A model generated the notes under the pieces. That model had not been told where the DNA came from, searched no databases, and saw only the letters and a program-made list of their open reading frames with translations. From the NCBI RefSeq assembly GCF_963921235.1, contig NC_086097.1, positions 58,094,001-58,158,000 on the forward strand: a stretch of DNA of 64,000 nucleotides. The letters are read 5' to 3'. This DNA comes from Mobula hypostoma. Taxonomy: Eukaryota. The stretch's first letter is position 1. Every line of letters begins with the position of its first letter. A program made the translations under genes and the position numbers. Positions 38,661-49,478 of this stretch are shown piece after piece.

Positions 38661-39214
38661 TCTTGAAAGTGTATATTTAAAGTTTCATGTGAGCCAAATG
38701 CAGCATTCCTAACATTCAACTCACTGCTACAAACAATATTTGAATTAGTAGCTATTCTCTCAACTGACATCTAAAATCACCAACTATTCTTGTTTTTTTT
38801 AAAGGTCACATTCCTAACACTTAAGCAAATTTGGTAATGGATTCTCATGTAGCACATATAGATCATTTTAGAAAAAGTGGACAAAGGAAAGCAGATTACA
38901 TGCACACTGTGTGGAATTTGCACTACTGAGCAGACAATGTATAAATAAATGAGCTGACTCCACAACTGATGGTGGGGCAAGTATTTGAAAGGATTTACAG
39001 CTACACGTCCAGGCTCAGAATGGAATCATCAGTGCAAGTGAGCCCTGTAGAATTTAGGGTAGTGCAGTCATTAGAGGTCATTGCATGTGTATTTTAAAAT
39101 ACCTTTTAAGTTCAACTTTAGTATTTGGGTTAACACTGGATGTGTTCATCTGTCTCCATAATGCAAATAAAAAGTTTTAAAAAATCAGCAGATGTCAGCA
39201 ATCTGAAAATAAAC

Positions 39215-41145
39215 AGAACATAAAACATACAACATAACAGCACAGAACATGTCTTTCAGACCACGATGCTGTGTTGACCTTTTAATCTACACTGAGATTA
39301 ATCAAACCCTTCCCTCCTACATAGCCATCCACTTTTCTGTCTTCAGTGCACTGATCTAAGGGTTTCTTAAATGCCCCTGACGTATCTGCCTCTACTATCA
39401 CCCCTGTAGGATGTTCAATGCACCCACTACACTCTGTGTAAGGAACTTACTTTACCTCTGACATATCTCTCCACTTTCCTTCAAATTATGTCCCTTGCAT
39501 TAGCCGTTTTGCACCCTGGGATAAAGTCTAGTCACCTACTCGATGTGACTCTTTTCTTCTTGTACACCTCTACCAAGTGTCCTCTCATTCTCCTTTGCTC
39601 CAAAGAGAAAAGCCATAGCTCACTAAACTCATAAAGAAGAAGAAGAAAGCCCTTAACTTCGAGTGGAGTCATTGGGACGCTGTCATGATGGCGTTTTTTT
39701 AAGCAGGCTTTCTTATTTTTACGAGGCTGAGTTGCTAGCTTGATGCTAAACCCAGCACGGATGGAACGCGTGCAAGGGAGCCGGCTGGATTCGAACTCGG
39801 GAGCCTTCACTCCGAAGTCCGGTGCTGATGTCACTACGTCACCAGCCGGCGTCACTAAACTTATCTTTAATAATTATCTTCTGCCCTCTAGTCCAGGCAG
39901 CATCTAGGTAAACCTCCTCTGCATCCTCTCTAAAGCTTCCATGTGCTTCCGATAATGAGGCAACCAGAACTGAACACAATATTCCAAATGTGGTCTAACC
40001 AGCATTTTATAGAGCTGCTGCATTATCTCACAGCTCTTGAACTCAGTCATCTGACTCATGAAGGCTAAGACAGCAAACAAACCTATCAATTTGTGCAGCA
40101 ACTTTGAGGGATCTGTGGACGTGGATCCCAAGATCCATCTGTAGCTCCACACTGCCTAGAATCGAGTCGTTGAGTCATAGAGCACTACAGCACAGAAACA
40201 GCCCCTTCAGCCCACCTCATCTGTACTGAACTATTATTCCGTCAGGTCCCATTAACTGGCACCTGGACCATAGTCCTCAATAACCCTCCCATCTACGTAC
40301 TTACCCAAACTTCTCTTAAATATTGAAATTGAACCCACATCCACCACTTTCATTGACAGCTCGTTCCACACTCTCACCACCCTCTGAGTAAACTTCCCCC
40401 TCATGATACCCTTAAACATTTCATGTTTTCCCTTAACCAATGGTTAGTTCTAGCCTCACTCAAACTCAGTGGAAAAAGCCTGTTTGCATTTGACCTATCT
40501 ATACTACTCATAATTTTATATACCTTAATCAAATCTCCCCTCATTCTCTTATGCTCCAGGAAATAAAATCCTAAATTATCCTACCTTTCCCTATAACTCA
40601 GGTCCTCAAGTCCTAGCAACATCCTTGTAAATTTTCTTTGCGCTCTTTCCATCTTATTGACATCTTTCCTGCAGGCAGGTGACCAGAATTGCACACAATA
40701 CTCCAAATTAGGCCTCACCAACATCTTGTACAATTTCAACATAACATGCCAATTCTTGTACTCAGTACTTTAATTTATGAAGGCCAATGTGCCCAAGACT
40801 CTCTTTACCACCGTATCTACCTGTAACACCACTTTCAAGGAATTGTGGATCTATAATTCTCAAATCCCTCTGCTCTGCTACACTCCTCAGTGCTTTACTG
40901 GATAAGTCCTGCCCTGGTTTGTCCTGCCAAAGAGCAATGCCTCACACAAGTCTGCAATAAATTCTAGCTGCCATTTTTTCAGCCAATTTTTTCCAGCTGG
41001 TCCAGATCCTGCTGCAGCTTTGATAGCCTTCCATACTGCCCTCGGCACCTCCCATTTTGGTGTCATTCACAAATTTGCTAATCCAGTTTGCCATGTTATC
41101 ATTGATTCTAGATGACAAACAACAATGGACCCAGCACTGATGAAC
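39215..41145 (-). mobile_element. Two adjacent CR1 3' fragments (~39215-40160 and ~40170-41145)
   Basis: LYKMLVRPHLEYCVQFWLPHY, FTQRVVRVWNEL and ISKFVNDTKMGG motifs. Confidence 0.85.
39630..39851 (-). mobile_element. tRNA-derived SINE inserted in CR1
   Basis: Pol III A-box-like tggtgacgtagtg and B-box GTTCGAATC (39788-39796), a (ctt)n tail, and a 10-bp TSD tcactaaact (39620-39629 / 39852-39861). Confidence 0.9.
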
Positions 41146-41707
41146 TGCCATTAACACTATATTCTGACTGAGACTAATACTGGAGGTACTCAGAGGTCAT
41201 GTCGTATCTGTAGAGCTAGAAACAGAGTAATGTTTCAGACTGATGACCATTTAGCAGAACTGAATATCAATAGCAAGCATCTTCTGTTTTAACGCCAAAT
41301 GCAACTGATGTGCTAGAGTTCACTGGGTGGGGGGGTGGGTAACGATCTGCTGAAATGTTTTGGCTTTTTGGCATTTAACCAACTGGAAGATCAAGACTTC
41401 TGAGCTGAAGTCCAATCTTTTGGTTCTTCCACTGATCCGGGTACAACCCTTGATGAACAGGCAGTTTTTAGGCTGAGAAACCCCTTGACAAATTAGGTGT
41501 GAAATAACGACAGTAGTCATTTGAAATGGATACAAACAAATAGCTGCGGACAGGCGTATGGGTCTATCTTTAATTTGATTTGTTTGTAAGTTTAAATATT
41601 GCTTAATTATTTTAAATGTATGTATGCATTTTATGTTTAACCATAATCCTTTTAATTCTTAAGCATTATATTTATTTTTCTAATAGTTCCTGAGTTTTTT
41701 TAGAATT

Positions 41708-42526
41708 GTAACCGGGTGACCGTTGCATCTTACTCAGTATCGTTAAAAGTGTACTTAGGCATCCATCTGGATAATGCTAGAATAGTTGTCTGTGCCTTTA
41801 AGGGAGACAGTGATGTCATTACGCACACGCGGGATAGTGGGGAGACCATTTTGTTTTCTGCTGAAGACACTGTTTGGGTGTTGGAATTGAGTTCCTCCCG
41901 AGGCTGGGCATGGTGAGGAAAGGTGAGCATTAATTGACAATATCTATATGAATTCGTTTATGCTTGTTGGTGGATCGAGAATATTGGTAATTTAACATGC
42001 TTTACATGTGGATGCTTTAGATTTTCACGAGTAAAGGCATCGACACTGGATTACGTGGTTTATGCAAAGTTCCTCACCAGAGCCAAGTAGGTCAGTCTTC
42101 CTGTAATTTAACTACCAGGCAATACCTTGTAAAAGTTGTGCCAAAGTGTACCTTTTGTCTAACTTTATTGTATCAGGACTGATTGTGCATGCAACCGCAT
42201 AGCGTGAATGTTTAGTCTCTGTTCGGAAGTTCAGCACGTGTGTACTAAAAAGTAGTAGACGCCTTCGATGAGATGTATTCACTTACATTTTTCGCTGTTA
42301 TGTATAAAATGCAGGGTGGGTGGGATTCTAATGTTGTTTGTATTGTGTTCCTTCAGAATTGCCACTACCGTATTAGTATCATATTAGTTCTGGTATTTTT
42401 TGTACTACATACGTAATTCTGTCCATACCCAAGGGTGTGGATCGAAAGTTAAACTGAGATTGTAATGGCAAGAATTGGTTGTAAATTCGTTCGTTTTGTT
42501 TTGCGACCCTCTTCTGGCACTAAACA
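41708..42526. mobile_element. Possible solo LTR or unknown CpG-enriched insert
   Basis: Begins TGTAAC and ends aaaca, with visibly more CpG than the flanks. No TSD found. Confidence 0.3.
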
Positions 42527-43947
42527 GATAAAGGAATTAAAACCTGAAAAAGTATTTGTTGTCCTGATTGTGTACTTTTCCCCAGGCTACAGAATGTTTG
42601 TGAATGTCCATGACAATCAAACATTCAGTTTTGGTGACAGTTTTGAGAAAGGATGAACCAGGGTCAGGGCCTTACCTGCAGTTCAGAGAGTGCCTCTGCC
42701 TCCTTACAATCCAGAGTCACTGCTCTGAACTGTCCTGGGCCTCTCCAAACAACTGGAGTTTGACTTCCCATGAAACCCTCCACTATGCACCTTGCTCCTG
42801 CCCCCCCACCCCCGCCACCGCCCACCCCAGTACAAGCTTCAAGAAAGATAAGAAAGATGTGGTTCAAGGTCAGACAATCAGCAATCCCAGGGCGAGCAGC
42901 TCTTGCTGTTAAATTGACAGGTGGGTATTTTGCATGTTTCAACACTGAAAGAAACTTGTAGGTATAACTTGTCCCTCTGGGGATAACATTCAGTTCCAAA
43001 ATAGTTATCAATAATCATCCAAATCAAATCATTGTTATTACACATGCTTTGTTTGTGTTGAAGAGAAGAGCAGAGAGTTGTACCAAAACGATTTATACTT
43101 GCATGATACAAGTTTACAATATTAGACCAGAAGTTTAATATCCATTCAGTGGCTATTTGATTTAGTACACCTGTACACCTGCTCATTAATGCAAATAGCT
43201 AATCTGCAAATCACGTTGCAGCAACTCAATGCATAAAAGCATATAGTAATGATCCAGAGGTTCAGTTGTTGCTCAGATCAAACATCGGAATGGGGAAAAG
43301 TGGGATACAGAAGGGAAATTGAAAATCTGGCTGAGTAGTGCCATAAACTTTTATAGATGTGTGGTGCAGAGTATCTTGACTGGTTGCATCACAGCTTGGT
43401 ATGGATACACAAATGACCTCAACTTCACTTGCGACATCACTGAACTGTTCCCACAACTTATGGACACACTTTCAAAGACTCTTCATCTCAGCTTCTCAAT
43501 ATTTATTGCTTATATATTTGTATTATTATTATTTCACGTTTTTCTTACTTTTTGTATTTGCACAATTTGTTGTCTTTGCACATTTGTTGTCTGTCCTGTA
43601 GGTGAGGTCTTTCATTGATTTCATTATGATTATGGATTTATTAAGTATGCCTTCAAGAAAATGAATCTCAGGTTTGTATATGGTGACATATATGTACTTC
43701 TGACAATAAATTTACTTTGAGCTTTGAACTAAGTGACTGTGGGATGATTGCTTGTGCCAGACAGGGTGGTCTGAGTATCTCAGAAACTGCTGATTTCCTG
43801 TTAATTTCATGCACAATAGTCTCTGAAGTTTACAGAGAAAGGAGCAGGCAAAAAAAAACCTCCAGTGAGCCGCAAAAATGCATTGTTAATGAGAGAGGTC
43901 GGAGAAGAATGGCCAGACTGGTTCAAGCTGACGGGAAGGTGACTGTA

Positions 43948-45574
43948 CAGGTTTCCCCCGCCAGCCGAAGGTAGAGCGTTCCTATGAAACGGTTCGTAAG
44001 CCAGAATGTCGTAAAGTGAAGAAGTAATTACCATTTGTTTATATGGGAAAATTTTGTGAGCGTTCGCAGACCCAAAAATAACCTACCAAATCATGCCAAA
44101 TAACACATTAAACCTAAAATAACAGTAACATATAGTAAAAGCAGGAATGATATGATAAATAAACAACCTATATAAAGTAGAAATACTTCTCTACAATCAT
44201 TGCCTGCACTGTTCTCCGTAGCAAAAATCTCGCACAAGCGCTCTCGGCAAAACCCTCTCTCCAGTAACCTTTCAGCTATGAAGCTGCCAAATCATACCAA
44301 ATAACACATAAAAATACACAGCCTATATAAAGTAGAAATAATGTATGTACAGTGTAGTATCATTTACCGGAATTGGGAAGACAGCGCCGAGCACACTGAT
44401 GATGATGTGTTAGGCTGAGTCGTCGGAGGTTGGTGTGGGGCAGTGGTCCCCACCCTCCAGACAGCGAACCAAAACCGATCCGCGAAGCATGCAATTGTGC
44501 AGCGGTAGCTGGGCCGCACCCAGCACATCTTTAAGAAAAAAGCCAAAATAAACAAGCTAATTAATTAGGTGCTGCCCGGCTCGTAAATGTTGGCCCAGAT
44601 CAGAGGCGATTGCCGATTGTGTCGCCTCTGATCTGGGCCGACATTTACGTGCCGGGCAGCACCTAATTAATTAGCTTGTTTATTTCAGCTTTTTTTCTTA
44701 AAGATGTGCTGGGTGTGTCCCGGCTACCACTGTTTTCTCCGCGAAACGGTATCTGTACACTGCCCGGGGGTTGGGGTGGTGGGACACTGGGATGTCATCT
44801 GTTTCCATCAGGGCAGGCAGGTCATTTTCTTCTATGTCTGCCTGCCTCAACGTCGAAGGTCGAGGTTCGTCGTCTGCTGTGGCTGATGTGGAAAGCTTGA
44901 AAAACGACAGTATGCTTAACTGCTTAGCCTCGCGCATTTTTCTATCATACAGTTCTTTGTAAGCACTCAAACCATCTTGCAAATATGCCCTAAACAGACG
45001 TACCCTTTCAAAATTAAAGTCATACTTTATCATTGCAGCGAAACTCTCACGCAATTGCTTCACGTTCAGTTCCTGGACGACTTCACTTTTGGTCCGTTCG
45101 CTACTGCATTCAGTTTTGATTGTTATCCTTTCCTCTTCCAATTGCATCAGCTCTTCATCTATCAGCTCTTGGTCATGGGATGCCAAAACCTCTTCAACAT
45201 CATCTTCGTCAACTTCCACAAGCCAAACTCACTTTGTTCTTACTTCGTTCACCACGATCAAAACGCTTAATTATGTCCAGTTTTACGCTAAGTGTAACAC
45301 CCTTATGAGCTCTTTTAGGGTTTTCCGATACAGTACCTTAGAACTCATCTTGCAAATGGCTGCTCACAGGCACGTGTTTAAGCAATGTCAGCAAAAATGC
45401 AGTTCCGAATCTGGGGCAGGAGCTGTTGCTCGGGGCGTGCGCTGCTTTTTTCACGCGCTGCCGTTTTTCGTAACAGTGAAAACACCTTCTGTTAGCGAAA
45501 ACAGGTAACTAATGTAGGTCTTTCGTAATAGTGAGGTTTCCTAAAGCGAACGTTAGAAAAGCAGGGGACACCTG
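43948..45574 (-). mobile_element. Tigger/pogo transposon lacking the DDE domain
   Basis: TA|CAGGTTTCCCC...GGGGACACCTG|TA. The N-terminal HTH start (GVTLSVKLDIIKRFDRGERSK) is joined to a Tigger-type C-terminus (DEDDVEEVLASHDQEL...KQLSILSFFK). Confidence 0.9.
44500..44732. repeat. Near-perfect 233-bp palindrome inside the Tigger
   Basis: Arms 44500-44610 and 44621-44732 are reverse complements, with a ~10-nt loop. Confidence 0.95.
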
Positions 45575-46099
45575 TAATTCAGATAACCTTGTGTTATAAA
45601 GGTAGTGTGCAGAACAGCATCATTGAATGCACATCACTTCGAATCTTGAAGTGGATGGGCTACAGCAGCAGAAGACCACAAAGGTACGCTCAGTGGCCAC
45701 TTTAATCAATACAGAAGGTACCTAGTAAAGTGGCCACAGGTGAGACATCTTTCTTTAACGTTTGATAAATATCAGTACCTACCTGACTGAAAATTCTGTT
45801 AATGGTGATGCAGAAAGAAAAATGAATTATGCCTTTTGTTTTCCTTTTGGCTTCAATTCCAAGCAATAAATGTGAACAGAACCTATACGTTTTAACCAGG
45901 GCAGTCGATGAGAAGTACTCCTACAGTGTGGTGGGGTAAGTAGTTCCAGTGACAGTGAAGAAGCAGCAGAAGATTTGAAGGAAACTGATGGTGTTGTGTT
46001 ATTCCAAGTATCCACCGCTGTTGTCCTCCAGGTTTTGGAAGTTGGATGTTTGAAATGTATTTCTCAATGAGTTGCGGTTACTACAAATGGATCTCCTGT

Positions 46100-46890
46100 C
46101 AACATTACCTCCCTCTTCAACTGAAGACCACAGTCAGTGTGGATCAGTAATGAAATCTTCTTTTCAATGACGGTCAGCACTGGCGTACCTCAAAGATGCA
46201 TGCATAACAACCCACTGCTCTACTCTATATTCGTGACTGTGTGGCTAGGCACAGTTCAAACACCATCTATGAATTTGCCAAAGACACCACTGTTGATGGC
46301 AGAAGCTCAAATGATGACAAGGAGGCATCTCAAAGTATGGTATTATATACATATTTTGATAAGTGAGATAGATCGGCTAGCTAAGGCATGACTCAACAGC
46401 GATTTTGCGTTCAATATCAGTAAGAAGAAGGAAGTGAGTGTGGACTTCAGGAAGGTGAAGACATAGGAACACACACCAGTCCTCTTTGAGGAGTCAGCAA
46501 TGGAAAGTGTAAGCAGCTTCAAGTTCCTTGGCATTATCATCTCAAAGAATCTATCGTGGACCCAACTTATCGATGCATTCAAGAAGAATGTAAGCTAGTG
46601 GCTATAATTCATTGGGAATTTGAGGAGAGTTGGTATGTCACCAAAGACTGTAGCAAATTACCATAGAGAGCTTTCTGACTGGCTGCATCGCTGTTGGGTA
46701 TGGAGGCTCCAATGCAGAACACCAAACAGACATCAAGACTTTGTCAACTTAGACAGCTCCATCATGGGCCCAAGCATCCCCACCATTGACGACATCCTCA
46801 AAAGGTAGCATCCATCATTAATGACACTTAACATCCGAGACATGCTCTCTTCTCATAATTGCCTTCAGGGAGGAGGTGCAGGAGTCTGAG
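46100..46890 (+). mobile_element. Rex1/Babar RT fragment
   Basis: STGVPQRC...PLLYS and aagttccttggcattatcatc (KFLGIII). Confidence 0.75.
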
Positions 46891-46899
46891 GAATAATCA

Positions 46900-48570
46900 A
46901 CATGCCTTTGCATGGGAGGTTGGTCAAGAAAATTCAGTGGCTTGAGGTAGTAAAGTTGATTAGACATTGACTTTGCTTAAGAAGACAGAGAGTGGTTGTA
47001 GATGGTTGCCTCTCGGACTAGAGGCCTGTGACTAGTGGTGTGCCAGACCAGTGCTAGGTCCATTGTTATTTGTCATCTATGTCAATGCTGTGGTTGAAAC
47101 TGTGGGAAACTGGATCAGAAAATTTGCAGATGACTCCAAGATTGAGGGTGTAGTGGACAGTGAGGAAGACTGTCAAAGCTTGCAGCAGGACCTAGACCAG
47201 TTGGTGAAGTGGGCAGAAAAATGGCAAATAGCTCATCACCCAGGACATGTCCTTTTCTCATTGTTACCATCAGGAAGGAGGTACATAAGCCTAAAGGCAC
47301 ACATTAAGCGATTCAGGAACAGCTTATTCCGCTCTGCCATCCGAATTCTAAGTTGATGTTGAACCCATGAACACTGCCTCACTGTTTTCTAAATTATTTC
47401 TGTTTTTGCACTGTTTTCAATTTATCTATTTAATATGCACATATGTATACTTACTGTAATTTATGTATTTATTTTCTATATCATGTACTGCACTGTACTG
47501 CTATCATTAAGTTAACAAATTTCACGACAAGTGCCAATGACCTTAACACACACAAAATGCTGGAGGAACTCAGGCTAGCCAGCATCTATGGGAAAGAGTA
47601 CAGTCGATGTTTCCAAGACCCTTTAGTAGGACCTCAGCCTGAAACATCAACCGTACTCTTTTCCAGAGATGCTGCCTGGCCTGAGTTCCTTCAGCATTTT
47701 GTGTGCCTTACTTGGATTTCCAGCATCTACAGATTTTCTCTTGCCAGTGATATTAAACCTGATTCTGATTCAGAATTTAATGTGTACAAGTATGAGGTAT
47801 TGCACTTTGGGAGGACCATCTAGAGTAGGTCTTAAAAGGTGAGCAGTATGGCACTAAGGATCGTGGTAGAACAGTGCTACCTGGGAATACAGGTCCGTAA
47901 TTCCTTGAAAGTGGTGTCATAGCTAGATAGGGCCATAAAGAAAGCTCCTGGCACGTTTCTCTTTGTAAACCGATGTATTGAGTAAAGGAGTTTGCAATGT
48001 ACGTTGAATTTTGTAAGATATTGGTGAGGCCTAATTTGGATTATTGTGTGCAGTTTTGGTCACTGACCTACAGGAAAGACATAAAAAGATTGAAAGAGCG
48101 CAGAGAAAAAATTACAAAGATGTTGCCGGGAATTAAGGACCCGAGTTATAGGGAAAGGTTAAAAAAGTAAGGACTTCACTCCCTAGAACGTAGAAGAATG
48201 AGGGGAGGTTCGGTAGGTCTATACAAAGTCATGAGGGGTTTAGGTAGGGTAAATGCAAGCAGGCTCTTTTCACTGATGTTTGGTGAGACTACAACTGGAG
48301 GTCATGGGTTAAGGGTGAAAGATGAAATATTTAAGGGGAACATGAGGGGGAGTTTCCTCACCCAGTGGGTGGTGAGAGTGTGGAACAGCTACCAGCACAA
48401 GTGGTGGATACAGGGTCAATCTCAAGATGTAAGAGACACTTGGATAGGTACATGGATGCAAGGGCTATGTTCTGGGTGGAGGTTGATGGGAATAAGCAGA
48501 TTAATGGTTTGGGGTGGAATAGATGGACAGAATAAATGGATTTCTGTGTTGTAGTGCTCCCTGACTCTAT
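46900..48570 (+). mobile_element. Decayed CR1 with a nested Rex1 3' end (~47230-47770)
   Basis: LGPLLFVIYVN...KFADDSK...WAEKWQ is fused to HHPGHVLFSLLPSGRRY; CR1 resumes at gaatttaatg (47773). Confidence 0.85.
47541..47741. mobile_element. Inverted pair of Penelope termini
   Basis: cacacaaaatgctggaggaactcagg...cctgagttccttcagcattttgtgtg, flanked by tgccaatga / tgccagtga. Confidence 0.8.
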
Positions 48571-48719
48571 ATATCTGTGATAATAAACCCGATTCTGATC
48601 CTGACTGGTGAGGTTACAAACTATGGAAGGATACAATTCTGCTACTGCTGATCTCCAGAACTATTCAGTAGTATCTGAATGAATTCTGATGGAAGCTTTG
48701 AGTTTATCTTATTTGGCAT

Positions 48720-49470
48720 GAGTGAAATGGTGTCCTGCAGATTAATTCATTACAACATTGCTGTGTGGTAGTGCAAGGTAAAACAATAACAGAGTGCAGA
48801 ATGAAGGGCTATAGTTACACAGAGAGTGTACTGCAGGTAGATAGTAAGGTACAAGGCCACAGCAAGGAAGATTGTGAGATCAAAAGTCCATCTTGTTGTA
48901 CTAGGGATCTATTCATAGTCTATAACAGCTGGGTAGAAGCTGTCCTTGACCTTGGTGTCACATACTTGCAGTCTTTTGTATCTTTTGCCTAATAGAAGAG
49001 GGGAGAGGACAGAAGCTTCTGGGTGGATGGAGTCTTTGATTATGTTGGCTACTTTACTGAGGCAGCAGAAGTGTTGACAGAGTCCATGGAGGGGCAGCTG
49101 TTTTCCACGCTGTGCTGAGCAGTGACCATGACTCTCTGCAGTTTCCAGTGGTCACAGGTCAGAGCAGTTGCCATACCATGCTGTGATGCATTCCAATAGG
49201 CTGCTTTCTATGGTGCATTGATAAAAATTGGTGAGCGTTCAAGGGGATATGCCTCCTGAGGAAGTGGGTAGACATTTTGCAGCTGTAGCATTTACATGGA
49301 TGGAGTCGGACAGGCTATTGGTAATATTCACTCCTGGGAACTTGAAGTTCTCAATTTATCGACCTCAGCACCATTGATGTATGCAGGAGCACGTGTACCA
49401 CCTCCCCTTCCTAAAGTCAATGGCCGTCTCTTTGATTTTACTACTATTGAAGGAAAGATCATTTTCACCA
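48720..49470 (-). mobile_element. Rex/L2-type LINE fragment; probably continues at ~54780-55420 beyond the Gypsy
   Basis: PAYINGAEVDK...KF motif and 3'-end similarity to Rex-type LINEs. Confidence 0.55.
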
Positions 49471-49478
49471 CGTCATCA

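Larger units (their letters stand above)
43143..45737 (+). mobile_element. Internally deleted Tc1-like element carrying nested Rex1 (~43307-43728) and Tigger insertions
   Basis: ATG at 43290 (MGK), GMIACARQGGLSISETADFL...RRMARLVQAD, resuming after the Tigger with LKWMGYSSRRP. TIR-type ctcagtggccacttta sequences at 45685-45737. Confidence 0.75.

Noticed and set aside
39770-39851. tRNA gene
   Set aside because: It is the head of a SINE with a body, a (ctt)n tail and a TSD.
44698-45219. TIGD-like host gene
   Set aside because: It lies within TA-flanked Tigger TIRs and lacks the DDE domain.
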